Positions 1-11,704 of a stretch of 64,000 nt of DNA are shown here, one piece after another (the stretch's first letter is position 1; each line of letters starts with the position of its first letter). The stretch comes from Planctomycetota bacterium. Its GTDB lineage: Bacteria; Planctomycetota; UBA1135. The position numbers were made by a program, and so were the translations under genes. Below the pieces are notes generated by a model. It worked only from the letters and a program-made list of their open reading frames with translations. It did no database searches and had not been told where the DNA came from. The stretch lies in NCBI GenBank assembly GCA_002705055.1, contig PAHY01000042.1, forward strand, positions 111,350 to 175,349. Reading direction: 5' to 3'.

Positions 1-264
1 CACCCGCTTCTTGGCCGCCTCAAGGATGCCGGCGAGGTCGCCCATCCCGGAGATGCCCGGCGCATGCTCGGCCCGGACCGCGGCCAGGCCTTCGATGCCC
101 CGCGCGCGGCGCCCGCGACGGCCGTCGGCGTCCTGGGCCGGGTGTGATTGCCGCAGCATGCGCGCGCCCACCGGCGAAGCCGCACGTCGGGCCAGGCTCT
201 CGAGCACCTTGTCGAGCTCAAGACAGGCAAGCGTCTCGGCGGGGAACGCGACGGAATCGGACAC
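1..264 (-). CDS. mutS2: Endonuclease MutS2, N-terminal fragment (runs off the left edge)
   Basis: Not in the ORF track. Manual translation from GTG at 264 gives VSDSVAFPAETLACLELDKVLESLARRAASPVGARML..., resembling the MutS2 N-terminal LEFDKV...ASxxG pattern. The frame is open to position 1. Confidence 0.65.
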   Translation of the reverse strand, partial: MSDSVAFPAETLACLELDKVLESLARRAASPVGARMLRQSHPAQDADGRRGRRARGIEGLAAVRAEHAPGISGMGDLAGILEAAKKRV

Positions 265-349
265 GGATCTCGCGGCTTCGGTCTGCCGCCTCGGCCCGAT
301 AGAATACGCCGCGCGCGGCCGCATCCCACGATCGGGCGCGAATTGCCCG

Positions 350-1777
350 ATGGAAACCCCGCTGACGCGCCCTCCCCGCACCTCGCAGATCTACACCAAC
401 GTCCTCGACACGATCGGCGGCACTCCGCTGATCCGACTCCCCGAGGGCTTTGATCCCGAGGTCCGCTGCGAGGTCCTGCTGAAGCTCGAGGCCATGAACG
501 CCAGCGGCTGCGTGAAGTCGCGGATCGCGCTGCGCCTGGTCGAGGCCGCCGAGGCGTCGGGGGCGCTGCAGCCGGGCGGCACGATCGTCGAGTGCACCTC
601 GGGCAACACCGGGGTCGGTCTGTGCATGGCGGCCGCGGTCAAGGGCTATCGCGCGGTCATCATCATGCCGGACAAGATGAGCCGCGAGAAGGTCGACATG
701 CTCAAGGCCTTCGGCGCGGAGGTGATCCTGACCAAGACCGGCGTGCCGCCGGAGCACCCTGATCACTATCTCAACGTCGCGCAGCGGGTCGCCGCATCGA
801 TCCCCGGTGCCTGGCACGCGGATCAGTTCGAGAACCCCGAGAACCCGAACGCGCATTACCTCGCGACCGGCCCCGAGATCATTCAGGCCTGCGACGGTCG
901 GCTCGATGCTTTCGTCGGCGGCTGCGGCACCGGAGGCACGGTGCACGGCACGGCGCGCGCATTGAAGGAGCACGATCCCAGCATTCAGATCATCGGCGTG
1001 GATCCGCCCGGCTCGGTCTATGCCCACTACTGGAAGACCGGCGAGCTGCCCGAGACCGGCCCCTATGCCGTCGAAGGTGTCGGCGACGACATGATCCCCG
1101 GCACCTGGAATCGCGAGCTCATCGACGCCTACGAGGTCGTCGAGGATCCCGAGTCCTTCGCCATGACCCGCCGCCTCGCCGCCGAGTGCGGTCTGTTTGT
1201 CGGCGGCTCCTCGGGCATGGCGCTCACGGCCGCGTTGCGCCACGCGCGACGCATGGGTCCGGAGCAGCGCATGGTGGTGCTGCTGCCCGATTCGGGCAGT
1301 CGCTACCTCTCCAAGATTTACTCCGATGACTGGATGAAGGATGGCGGCTTCGTGCCGCGCGTCTCCGCCGAGACTGCCACGGTCGCCGACCTCGCGCGCG
1401 ACCGCCCGCGCGCCACGCTGCGCGGCAGCGACGATCTCGCGAGCGCCTACAAGCACATCGCCGACCGCGATGTGGACCCGGTGCCGGTCGTCGCCGGCGA
1501 CCCGGACGACCCGCGCACCGAATTGCTGGGCGTCATCGACGCCGAGAAGCTGGCGCGTCATCTGGCCGCTGGGCTGGATCTGGAGGCCCTGCAGGCGGAT
1601 TCCTGCCTTGCCCCCGCCCCGCCGGTGATTGACCCGGCTGCCCCCTGGACGGCGCTGCAGGAAGCGCTCCAGGACAGCCCCGCCGTCCTCATTCAGGACG
1701 AACGCGGCTATGTCGGCTGCACGCGCCGCGATCTGCTGCGCAGTCTCGCCCGCCTGTCACACGATCAAGATGTCTAA
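350..1777 (+). CDS. Cystathionine beta-synthase / cysteine synthase family PLP enzyme with C-terminal CBS (Bateman)-like extension
   Basis: Motifs IGGTPL, VK(S)RIA (PLP lysine), TSGNTG, GTGGT, GGSSG, PDSGSRYLSKIYSDDWM. ATG at 350; overlaps the downstream cystathionine lyase gene. Confidence 0.9.
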   Translation: METPLTRPPRTSQIYTNVLDTIGGTPLIRLPEGFDPEVRCEVLLKLEAMNASGCVKSRIALRLVEAAEASGALQPGGTIVECTSGNTGVGLCMAAAVKGYRAVIIMPDKMSREKVDMLKAFGAEVILTKTGVPPEHPDHYLNVAQRVAASIPGAWHADQFENPENPNAHYLATGPEIIQACDGRLDAFVGGCGTGGTVHGTARALKEHDPSIQIIGVDPPGSVYAHYWKTGELPETGPYAVEGVGDDMIPGTWNRELIDAYEVVEDPESFAMTRRLAAECGLFVGGSSGMALTAALRHARRMGPEQRMVVLLPDSGSRYLSKIYSDDWMKDGGFVPRVSAETATVADLARDRPRATLRGSDDLASAYKHIADRDVDPVPVVAGDPDDPRTELLGVIDAEKLARHLAAGLDLEALQADSCLAPAPPVIDPAAPWTALQEALQDSPAVLIQDERGYVGCTRRDLLRSLARLSHDQDV

Positions 1778-2924
1778 ATCATCCCACCACGGACTCGGCA
1801 CCAAGGCCGTTCACGCCGGCTGGGAGCCGGAAGAGCTCACGGGCGCGGTCATGCCGCCGATCTACATGACCAGCACTTATGTGCAGGACGGTCCCGGCAA
1901 GCCCCGGCGCGGCTTTGAGTACTCGCGTACCCAGAACATCACGCGCTACGCGCTGCAGGATGCGCTGGCCGAGCTCGAGGGCGGCGCCTGCGGCTTCACC
2001 TTCACCTCGGGGATGGCGGCGATCCACACCCTGATGCTGATGATGAAGCCCGGCGACCACATCGTCGCCGCGCACGATCTCTACGGCGGCACCCACCGAC
2101 TGTTCCGCAAGATCGAAGAGCGCTTTGGCCTGCGCTTCAGCTTCATCGATGCGCGCAAGCCGGAGCTGCTGGACGAGCTGCCCGAGGACACGCGCCTGCT
2201 CTACCTCGAGACCCCTTCCAACCCGATGCTCAACATCACGCCGCTCGAGCGCGCGGTCGCCGGAGCACGTCGGGTCGGGGCCGAGATCGCCGTGGACAAC
2301 ACCTTCGCCACGCCGATCCTGCAGAGCCCGATCGCCTTCGGCGTCGACTACGTGATTCACTCGACGACCAAGTACGTCGCCGGGCATAGCGATGTGGTCG
2401 GCGGCGCGCTGATCGCCCGCGAGGAATCCAAGAAGGAAGACATCTGGTTCCACCAGAACTCGGCCGGCACGGTCAACTCGCCTTTCGACGCCTTCCTTAC
2501 GCTGCGCGGCCTGCGCACGCTGCATCTGCGGATGCAGCGCCATTGCGAGAACGCGCGGATGCTGGCCGAATACCTCGAGCAGCACCCGCAGGTCTCGAAG
2601 GTGGTCTACCCCGGCCTGCCTTCGCACCCGCAGCACGCCATCGCCAAGCAGCAGATGCGCGACTTCGGCGGCATGCTCAGCTTCGAAGTCCGCGGCGGCG
2701 CCGAGATGGCCGACCGCGTGGTCCGCGAGACCAAGCTGTTCGCGCTCGCCGAATCCCTCGGCGGGGTCGAATCGCTCATCGAGCTGCCGGCCCCGATGAC
2801 GCACGCTTCGGTCCCGGCCGAGGAGCGCGCCAAGATCGGCATCACCGATGGCCTGATCCGGCTCTCGGTCGGCATCGAGGACGGCGAGGATCTGCGCGCC
2901 GATCTCGAAGCGGCGCTGTCGTAG
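1770..2924 (+). CDS. Cystathionine gamma-lyase/gamma-synthase (Cys/Met metabolism PLP enzyme)
   Basis: Motifs YSRTQN, SGMAAI, ETPSNP, DNTFATP, HSTTKY, ESLGGVESL, RLSVGIED. ATG at 1770 overlaps the cbs stop. Confidence 0.92.
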   Translation: MSKSSHHGLGTKAVHAGWEPEELTGAVMPPIYMTSTYVQDGPGKPRRGFEYSRTQNITRYALQDALAELEGGACGFTFTSGMAAIHTLMLMMKPGDHIVAAHDLYGGTHRLFRKIEERFGLRFSFIDARKPELLDELPEDTRLLYLETPSNPMLNITPLERAVAGARRVGAEIAVDNTFATPILQSPIAFGVDYVIHSTTKYVAGHSDVVGGALIAREESKKEDIWFHQNSAGTVNSPFDAFLTLRGLRTLHLRMQRHCENARMLAEYLEQHPQVSKVVYPGLPSHPQHAIAKQQMRDFGGMLSFEVRGGAEMADRVVRETKLFALAESLGGVESLIELPAPMTHASVPAEERAKIGITDGLIRLSVGIEDGEDLRADLEAALS

Positions 2925-2950
2925 CCGCCGAAGCGCAGTCTGCGCCGGGA

Positions 2951-3316
2951 CTAGGCCATGCCCCCGCCTGCAGGCGGGGCACCCGGCGCAGGCGGCGCCG
3001 GCGCGGGGGCCTCGGGCACCGTCTCAACGCGCTTCTTCAGCACGTTGCCCACCTTGAACTTCACGACCCGCTTCGAGGGCACCACGACCTTCTCGAGGGT
3101 CTTCGGGTTCTGCGCCACGCGGCCGGGGCGCAGGCGGACCTCAAAGACGCCGAACTTGCGGAATTCCAAGCGGTTGCCGCGAATCAGCTCCTCGGAGACC
3201 TCGTCCAAAAAGCGCTGCAGGATGTCACGGACGAGGACCTTGGTCTGACCCGTTTGGTCCGCGATGCGCTGCACCAGGTCGCGCTTGGTGATGGTCTCAG
3301 GGGCGTTCGATTCCAT
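2951..3316 (-). CDS. HU/IHF family histone-like DNA-binding protein with Pro/Ala-rich tail
   Basis: TKRDLV...LEFRKFGVFEVR...AQNPKTLEKVVVPSKRVVKFKVG is the HU/IHF signature. Confidence 0.92.
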   Translation of the reverse strand: MESNAPETITKRDLVQRIADQTGQTKVLVRDILQRFLDEVSEELIRGNRLEFRKFGVFEVRLRPGRVAQNPKTLEKVVVPSKRVVKFKVGNVLKKRVETVPEAPAPAPPAPGAPPAGGGMA

Positions 3317-3385
3317 TTCGGAGGAGGGCTGGAGGGGCCGGGCAGCGACGCAAACCTAGGCCGCTGCGCGTGATGGGGAGATACC

Positions 3386-3826
3386 TTAGCCTACCTCAAG
3401 GAGATAGGTTGCGGGTCCGTGGTTCGTGAGTTCGACCAACATTTCGGCGCCGAAGACGCCTTCTGCGACCACGAGGCCCTGCTCCCGGAGCCGGGCGATG
3501 AAGGCTCGTACTAGCTCTGTGGCCTGTTCTGGCGCGAGCGCGGTGGAAAAGGAAGGGCGGTTCCCCTTCCGCGTATCGGCGGCCAAGGTGAACTGCGGCA
3601 CAACCAGCGCCGCGCCGTGCGCCTGGCTCACGTTCAGGTTGGTCTTCCCTTCTTCGTCGGGAAAGACCCGGTAGCGCGCCACCCGATCCGCCAGCCGCAC
3701 GGCTTCCTCTACTCCGTCGCCGCGACTGCAGCCCAGGAAGATCAGCAGGCCGCGGCCGATGCGCGCGACCTCTTGGGCCTCGACGTGCACGGCGGCTCGA
3801 TCCACGCGCTGCAGCAGAGCCTTCAT
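3386..3826 (-). CDS. dtd: D-aminoacyl-tRNA deacylase
   Basis: MKALLQRV start, plus QFTLAADTRKGNRPSF and FGAEMLVELTNHGP motifs. Confidence 0.93.
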   Translation of the reverse strand: MKALLQRVDRAAVHVEAQEVARIGRGLLIFLGCSRGDGVEEAVRLADRVARYRVFPDEEGKTNLNVSQAHGAALVVPQFTLAADTRKGNRPSFSTALAPEQATELVRAFIARLREQGLVVAEGVFGAEMLVELTNHGPATYLLEVG

Positions 3827-4857
3827 CCCTCGTCCTCTTCCGAGAGCTCCGCGCTCTGGGCGCGCGGGTTCTGGTGCTGCCAGAGCCACACCTGCGCCTG
3901 CAGCACCCGAAACTCGTCCACCTGTTCGCCGCGCGCACGCCGCGCTTCCATGAGCTGAAGGAAGCGCTCGAACTCGACCGCCGCCCGCGCAGGCTGGGCC
4001 AGGTAGTCGCGCGCGAGCAGGCCAAGATTGAAGCTGAGGATCGCGTCCTGCGGGCTCTGCTGCTGCATCGCGAGCAGCAGCTCCCAGGCCTCCGGCGCAC
4101 GCCCGGTCTCGGCCAGCGCGGAGGCGCGCAGCAACTGCGCAGCCCGGCCCTCGAGACGATAGGCGTCGAGCTTCTCCAAGGCACGACGCGCGCGCCCCGC
4201 CGCCAAACAGGTGCGCACCTGGTCCAGCTGCGCGGCGCGCGGGTCTTCCTGCGGGCACCAGGGTTCGAGCTCGGCTGCGAGCACCGCCAGATCCGGCTGG
4301 CCGTAGCGCGGCCCCAGCTCGCGCAGCAGCCGCCAGCCCTCCGCCAACCCCGGCTCGCGGTCGAGCAGCTTGACCAGCCGTTCGATGACGGTCTTGTCCC
4401 CGACGCGGAAGGGCTCGTTCGCCAGAATCTCGACGCGCACCAGCAGCAGCTCAGGATCCGACTTCTTGGCTTCGTCCAAGAGCCGACGCCGCACCGGCAG
4501 TTCTTCGGTCACTCGGGCAAGCAGCAGCGCCGAGACCGCGTCACCGCTGGCGAGATAGCGCCGGTCATAGTGCTCGACGAGCTGGGCGCGCTCCCATTCC
4601 TGCTGACGCAGATCCTGCAGCAGAATCTCCTCGCGCACGCTCGGCTCCTGGCCGTTCAGCAGGAAGACCTCGGTCGATTCCAGCCCCTGCTCGGTGTACA
4701 GCGCGAGCGCCTCGCCCAGCCTCTGCCAGCCGGCGGCATCGGCCGCCTTGGCCCGGAGCGCGCGCTCCAACGTCGGCGGCTCGGGGTCAAAACTGAGCAG
4801 ACCGCAACCGCCGAGAGCCGCCAGAGTGGCCGCCGCGAGCAGAGTCCTTCTCGACAC
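3823..4857 (-). CDS. TPR-like helical lipoprotein, function unknown
   Basis: Lipobox ALGGC, helical repeats (LSFNLGLLARDYL...AAVEFERFLQL), 4-bp overlap with the dtd start. Confidence 0.65.
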   Translation of the reverse strand: MSRRTLLAAATLAALGGCGLLSFDPEPPTLERALRAKAADAAGWQRLGEALALYTEQGLESTEVFLLNGQEPSVREEILLQDLRQQEWERAQLVEHYDRRYLASGDAVSALLLARVTEELPVRRRLLDEAKKSDPELLLVRVEILANEPFRVGDKTVIERLVKLLDREPGLAEGWRLLRELGPRYGQPDLAVLAAELEPWCPQEDPRAAQLDQVRTCLAAGRARRALEKLDAYRLEGRAAQLLRASALAETGRAPEAWELLLAMQQQSPQDAILSFNLGLLARDYLAQPARAAVEFERFLQLMEARRARGEQVDEFRVLQAQVWLWQHQNPRAQSAELSEEDEG

Positions 4858-4863
4858 CCCTCC

Positions 4864-4910
4864 AGCCTAGCCGCTCGTACCGAAACTCAGCCACCGCGCG
4901 CGTTTAGAAT
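4864..4910. promoter_or_regulatory. Back-to-back -10 boxes (TAGGCT on -, TAGAAT on +), each 6 nt before a start codon
   Basis: TAGGCT at 4869-4864 precedes GTG 4857. TAGAAT at 4905-4910 precedes ATG 4917. Confidence 0.55.
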
Positions 4911-4916
4911 CCCGCG

Positions 4917-6470
4917 ATGGCCCGGCTCCTCGGTTCGATTGTGCTGCTGCTCCTGACCGGGAGCGGCTGCGCTTCACCGAGTTCCGAGATCAACCTGGCG
5001 CCGCTCTACCTGCGGTCGACGGTGCCGGGCGTGCAGCGCACCGAAGCCCTCGGCGGCCTCGCGCGCTTTGAGGAAGCGGGCGGTCACACGCGGTGGGCGC
5101 TCAACCCGCTGCTGTGGCGGGAACGGCGACCGGACGGAAGTCTGCAGGCCGACTTTGCCGTCCTGCTGGGGCGCTATGAACACGACCCCGAGCGCAACCG
5201 CACCCGAACGCGGATCTTCCCGCTCTACCTCTTCGAGACCGAACGGCGTCCCGATGGTGTGCAGGACACCGACTGGCTGCTGCTGCCCTTCTTTGCCGGC
5301 GGCTCGTCAAGCGACAAGGAAGAGGACTACTTCGCCTTCTTCCCCCTCTGGGGCAGACTGAAGAACGTGCTGGCCTGGGAGGAAGTCAACTTCGTGATGT
5401 TCCCGCTGTGGGCGCATACCCGCAAGCAGACCGGCACCCAGACCACGCACTGGTTCTGGCCCTTCTTTGGCTACTCACGCGGACGCGGCGAGGGCTGGCA
5501 CCTCTGGCCCTTCTTCGGCGAATGGGAGGTGCCGGGGCGCGAGCGCAGCTCCTATCTGCTTTGGCCCTTCTGGAATCAGAGCGAGACGGATCTCGACAAG
5601 CCGCACCCGCGCAAGAGCTGGTTCCTGTTCCCCTTCTACGGCCGGATCGAACAAGACGACTACACCGCTTCGACCTGGTTGTGGCCCTTCCTCGGTCGCG
5701 CGGAACGCCCGAGCACCGGTTACTACTCGTGGTCCTTCTGGCCCTTCCTGAAGTTCGAGGAAGGCGGCCGCGGCGAACTCGGCGACACCGACCCGCGCAA
5801 GCTGCAGCGGATCCTGCCGTTCTACATGCACTTCGAGGACGAAGCGACCGAGTGGAGTGCGCTGCTGTTTCCGCTGTTCTGGAAACGCCACGATCACTTC
5901 GGCGACATCGACCGCGAGGCTCACTACGCGCTGCCGCTCTGGTGGTCCTGGACCACCAAGCGCTACGACGCCCCTGCGAGCGACCCCGATCGGCAGCTCA
6001 TTCAGGTCGAAGAGGTGCGCCGACTGTGGCCCTTCGCCGCCTGGCGCCGGATTCAGCCGGTCGACCCGGATCGACCGCCGATCGCCCCGGAGGACGCCTT
6101 GCGGCCCGAGGACGTCGAAGGGGATCAGCTGGAAGTCCCCTACCTGGGTGAGCAGATTGCCCGCAATCTCACCCGCCCGCTGGCCCTCTGGCAGCGTCGC
6201 GAATATGCCCCGCGTGGGCCACGCCTGGAACGCGCCTTCCTGGGTCTCTACCATTCCCTGAAGGCGGAAGGTCACCACCGCTGGTCGATGCCGATCATCG
6301 GCGGGCAGTGGACCGAGCCGGACGGCACTCGCCACCATGCCTATCTGTTCGGACTGCTCCGTTGGAGCTCCGGGCGAGACGGGCGGACGTGGCAGGCGCC
6401 GGCATTCCCGGGGCCGGGCTGGCCCGAACTCCACCGCACGACCTCGGTCGAGCCGGCGGATCAACCATGA
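4917..6470 (+). CDS. Trp/Phe-rich repeat lipoprotein, first gene of the MCE operon
   Basis: Signal ending LLLLLTGSGC, more than 10 copies of (L/F)(W/F)P(F/L)(F/W/Y)G-like motifs, ATGA overlap with mlaE. Confidence 0.7.
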   Translation: MARLLGSIVLLLLTGSGCASPSSEINLAPLYLRSTVPGVQRTEALGGLARFEEAGGHTRWALNPLLWRERRPDGSLQADFAVLLGRYEHDPERNRTRTRIFPLYLFETERRPDGVQDTDWLLLPFFAGGSSSDKEEDYFAFFPLWGRLKNVLAWEEVNFVMFPLWAHTRKQTGTQTTHWFWPFFGYSRGRGEGWHLWPFFGEWEVPGRERSSYLLWPFWNQSETDLDKPHPRKSWFLFPFYGRIEQDDYTASTWLWPFLGRAERPSTGYYSWSFWPFLKFEEGGRGELGDTDPRKLQRILPFYMHFEDEATEWSALLFPLFWKRHDHFGDIDREAHYALPLWWSWTTKRYDAPASDPDRQLIQVEEVRRLWPFAAWRRIQPVDPDRPPIAPEDALRPEDVEGDQLEVPYLGEQIARNLTRPLALWQRREYAPRGPRLERAFLGLYHSLKAEGHHRWSMPIIGGQWTEPDGTRHHAYLFGLLRWSSGRDGRTWQAPAFPGPGWPELHRTTSVEPADQP

Positions 6471-7261
6471 ACCTCATCACGCGGGTCGGCGCCACCTGGT
6501 TGCGCCCCACCATCGAATCTGCAGGCTTTGCGGTTTCGATCGGTCTGCAGTCGCTGCTAACGCTGCCGCACCTGCCGCGGCGAATGCGCGCGACCCTGGA
6601 CCAGATGCATCTGGTCGGGGTCAAGACCATGCCCGTGGTGCTGATGGTCGGCTTCTTCGTCGGCATGATCCTCTCGCTGCAGGTCGGCCAGCAGCTCGCG
6701 ACCTTCAGCCAGCAGGAGTCGATCGGCCTGATCGTCGCCCCGCTGATGGCGCTCGAGATGTCGCCGCTGATCACGGCGATTCTGCTCGCGGCGAGCGTGG
6801 GCTCGGCGATGGCCGCCGAACTCGGCACGATGAAGGTGCAAGAGGAACTGACCGCGCTCAACGTGCTGTCGGTCAACGTCATCAGCTACCTGGTGCTGCC
6901 GCGGGTGATCGCGCTCACTCTGATGGCTCCGCTCCTCTCGCTGCTCGTGACCTGGGTGGCGACCCTGGGCGGCGGCATCATCGCGGTCTCGCAGCTGGGG
7001 CTGAGCTTCGAGGGCTACATCAACAACTCGCTCGATTCGATGCGCGTGATTCGCGAGACGATTCCGGTGCCGAAGTACCTCTTCGACGGCCTGCTGAAGG
7101 CGACCATCTTCGGCTTCGTCACCGCGGTGGTGGGCTGCGCCTCCGGCATGACGGCCAGCAACGGCGCGCAGGGCGTCGGTCAGACCACCCGCTCGGCGGT
7201 CCGCAACGCGATCGTGCTGATCATCGTCCTCGACTTCTTCCTCGGCAAGGTGCTGATGTGA
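6467..7261 (+). CDS. mlaE: MlaE-family ABC permease
   Basis: EMSPLITAILLAASVGSAMAAELGTMKVQEEL...LVLPR and GAQGVGQTTRSAV. Confidence 0.93.
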   Translation: MNLITRVGATWLRPTIESAGFAVSIGLQSLLTLPHLPRRMRATLDQMHLVGVKTMPVVLMVGFFVGMILSLQVGQQLATFSQQESIGLIVAPLMALEMSPLITAILLAASVGSAMAAELGTMKVQEELTALNVLSVNVISYLVLPRVIALTLMAPLLSLLVTWVATLGGGIIAVSQLGLSFEGYINNSLDSMRVIRETIPVPKYLFDGLLKATIFGFVTAVVGCASGMTASNGAQGVGQTTRSAVRNAIVLIIVLDFFLGKVLM

Positions 7262-7998
7262 GCGAGGGGCCGGTCATTCGCGTGCAGGATGTGCACAAGG
7301 CCTTCGGGCCGCAGAAGGTGCTCCAAGGCCTCTGCTTTGAGGTCGCCCGGGGCGAGTCTTTGGTCATCATGGGCCCCTCTGGCTCGGGCAAGAGCGTCAT
7401 CCTGAAGCACCTGATCGGCCTGCTGCGACCGGACTCCGGTTCGATCGAGGTCGCCGGGCGCGAAGTGCCGCGGCTGCGCCCCGCGGGCCTGGCCGAGCTG
7501 CGCCGCGACATGGGCTATCTGTTCCAGCATGCGGCGCTGATCAACTGGCTGAGCGTCTACGACAACGTGGCGCTCCCGCTGCGCGAGACGACCTCGAAGA
7601 GCGAATCAGAGATCGAGTCGAAGGTTTACTCGGTGCTGGAGCTCGTCCGTCTACTGGATGCCCGCAGCAAGTTCCCCGGCGAGATCAGCGGCGGGATGCA
7701 GAAGCGCGTCGGCCTGGCGCGCGCGCTGGTCACCGACCCGGAGATCATCCTCTACGACGAGCCGGAAGCCGGCCTCGACCCCGAAATGTCAGCCAGCGTC
7801 AGCCGGATGATGGTCAAGCTGCGCCACGAGCTGGGCATGACCTCGGTTACGGTGACTCACAGCTGGCCCTGCGCGGAGGCCGTCGGAGATCGCGTGGCGT
7901 TCTTCGAGCATGGCAAGCTGGTGATCGACGCCGCCCCCGCCGAGGTCCTCGCCAGCGACAATCCGCGCGTGCAAGAGTTCTTCGCCGTTCCCAAGTAG
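7258..7998 (+). CDS. mlaF: MlaF-family ABC ATPase
   Basis: Walker A GPSGSGKS, LFQHAAL, ISGGMQKRVGLARAL, ILYDEP, VTH. GTGA overlap with mlaE. Confidence 0.92.
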   Translation: MSEGPVIRVQDVHKAFGPQKVLQGLCFEVARGESLVIMGPSGSGKSVILKHLIGLLRPDSGSIEVAGREVPRLRPAGLAELRRDMGYLFQHAALINWLSVYDNVALPLRETTSKSESEIESKVYSVLELVRLLDARSKFPGEISGGMQKRVGLARALVTDPEIILYDEPEAGLDPEMSASVSRMMVKLRHELGMTSVTVTHSWPCAEAVGDRVAFFEHGKLVIDAAPAEVLASDNPRVQEFFAVPK

Positions 7999-8009
7999 CC
8001 CCTACCTCG

Positions 8010-9122
8010 ATGGACAGCAACCCCACCCGCCGTGACTTCACCCTGGGCGTCGTTTTCTTCGGCGCTCTGGCGATGCTGCTCTACTACACGATCGTGTTGA
8101 CGGGCTTCTCGCTGCAGGAGAAGACCTATCTCGAAGCGTGGTTCTCGGACGGCGCCGGCCTCAAGCAGGGCGACGCCGTGCTGGTGGCCGGGCTGCAGGC
8201 GGGCACCGTCAAGGAGGTCGGCTACGTCGATGACCGCGCCGAAGATCGCCGCGTCCGCGTGATGATGGAGTTCGAGGTGCCGGTCACGCTGCGGGATGGC
8301 TACGCGCTGCAGATCAGTGAGTTCACGCTGCTGGGCGGGCGCGTGGTCGAGATCGACCCGGGCCCGAGCGCGGCCCGTGCGATCGGCGCTGACACCGAGC
8401 TGATCGGCGTCGTCGAGCCCTCAGCGATCGAGGCTCTGGGCGAGCTCGTCACCACCAACCGCGACAAGGTCGACGAGATCATCGAGAACCTGCGCGTCTC
8501 CAGCGACGCGCTGGCCAACGGCGAAGGGCCGCTCGGCGCGCTCCTGATGGACCAGGAGCTGCGCGGCGAGGTCGAGTCCTTCATCAACGCGGCCGGGAAG
8601 ATTGCCGACGACCTCGAGGCCGGAGCCGGCGTGCTGGGCCTGCTGACCTCCGACCAGGAGGCCCGCGACCGGGTCGAGTCGATGATCAGCAGCGCCACCA
8701 CCGCGGTAGCCAGCATCGAGGAGATCGCCACTCACATCGCGGCCGGCGAGGGCCTGGCGGGCTCGATCGTCTACGACGACCAGCTCGAGGCCGATGCTCT
8801 GGCCCTGGTCGCCGACCTGCGCGTCTCGGCCGGCGAGCTGCGCAACGCCCTGGAACGCGCCAATTCCGGGGACGGCCTGCTCGGGGCGATCCTGACGGAT
8901 CCGAGCCTGGCAGAAGATGCCTCAGCATTTCTGGCCAATCTGCGCCAAGTCAGCGACAATCTTGCCCAGGGTGAAGGCACCCTCGGCAAGCTGCTCAACG
9001 AAGAAGTCGCCTACGACGAACTGGTCCGGGCGCTCTCGCTGTTGACCGCCACGCTCGAGGACCTGCGCGAAGCCCAGCCGGTGTCCTCCTTCGCCGGCCT
9101 GCTGTTCGGGACTTCGTTCTAA
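8010..9122 (+). CDS. mlaD: MlaD/MCE-domain protein with long helical repeat region
   Basis: N-terminal TM helix, MCE motif [18 protein letters not shown]...[12 protein letters not shown], five GxGxLGxLL-like repeats. Confidence 0.88.
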   Translation: MDSNPTRRDFTLGVVFFGALAMLLYYTIVLTGFSLQEKTYLEAWFSDGAGLKQGDAVLVAGLQAGTVKEVGYVDDRAEDRRVRVMMEFEVPVTLRDGYALQISEFTLLGGRVVEIDPGPSAARAIGADTELIGVVEPSAIEALGELVTTNRDKVDEIIENLRVSSDALANGEGPLGALLMDQELRGEVESFINAAGKIADDLEAGAGVLGLLTSDQEARDRVESMISSATTAVASIEEIATHIAAGEGLAGSIVYDDQLEADALALVADLRVSAGELRNALERANSGDGLLGAILTDPSLAEDASAFLANLRQVSDNLAQGEGTLGKLLNEEVAYDELVRALSLLTATLEDLREAQPVSSFAGLLFGTSF

Positions 9123-9149
9123 GTCCGCCCTCTGCATCCCCATTCGCCT

Positions 9150-10961
<1,812 letters not shown>

Positions 10962-10972
10962 AATCGGGTTCC

Positions 10973-11695
10973 GTGCGCTTTCTGACCCGCCCCCGCCGCG
11001 TCGGCCGTCTGCTCGGGGTCCCGGTCCTGGTCTCCCCGCTGGTGGTCGCGCTGCTGGCGGTGATCCTGGTCCAGGTCGCCCACCGCGCCGGGCTGGCTGC
11101 GCTGGGCGAGGTCACCGGCTGGCTGGCGCTCGCCCTGGCCTCGCTGCTGGCGCACGAATTCGCCCATGCCTGGGCGGCCCGACGGCTCGGCGTGCGGGTC
11201 TTTGACGTGCGCATCGGTCCGCTCGGCGGCATGGCGCGCATGGAGGGTGTCAGCACCCGCCCAGAGATCGAGCTGCGGGTCGCGGCGGCGGGGCCCGCGG
11301 TCAATCTGCTGCTGGCGGGCCTGTTTCTGCTCGTCCCCGGTCACATCGGGACAGGCGGCACGCTGATCAACCTGGTGTTCGGTCTGGGCAACTTGATCCC
11401 GGCCTTTCCGCTGGACGGCGGCCGCGTGCTGCGTGCCTGGCTGGCGATGCGCGCGCCGCTGCTGGCGGCGACCCGCGCGGCGATCCGGGTGAGCCACCTC
11501 GTCCTGGTGATTCTGCTGGGTGTCGCCGGCTGGTACGGCGAGTTTCCGATCGCGCTGCTGCTGGTCGGCTTCCTCTATCTGGCGGGCCGTGAAGAGCTGG
11601 TGCAGGTCCTGCTGCACAGCGGCACCGATTCGACGCTCGACACCGGGGAAGTCGTGCGCCGGGCCTTTCGTCGCCAGGATCACACCGAGTGCTAA
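10973..11695 (+). CDS. Site-2 protease (M50) family membrane metalloprotease
   Basis: HEFAH zinc motif, AGPAVN, NLIPAFPLDGGRVL. Confidence 0.88.
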   Translation: MRFLTRPRRVGRLLGVPVLVSPLVVALLAVILVQVAHRAGLAALGEVTGWLALALASLLAHEFAHAWAARRLGVRVFDVRIGPLGGMARMEGVSTRPEIELRVAAAGPAVNLLLAGLFLLVPGHIGTGGTLINLVFGLGNLIPAFPLDGGRVLRAWLAMRAPLLAATRAAIRVSHLVLVILLGVAGWYGEFPIALLLVGFLYLAGREELVQVLLHSGTDSTLDTGEVVRRAFRRQDHTEC

Positions 11696-11704
11696 GATTT
11701 CGCC

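Noticed and set aside
11-349. N-terminal extension of the cbs ORF
   Set aside because: It overlaps the mutS2 fragment on the opposite strand; homology begins at ATG 350.
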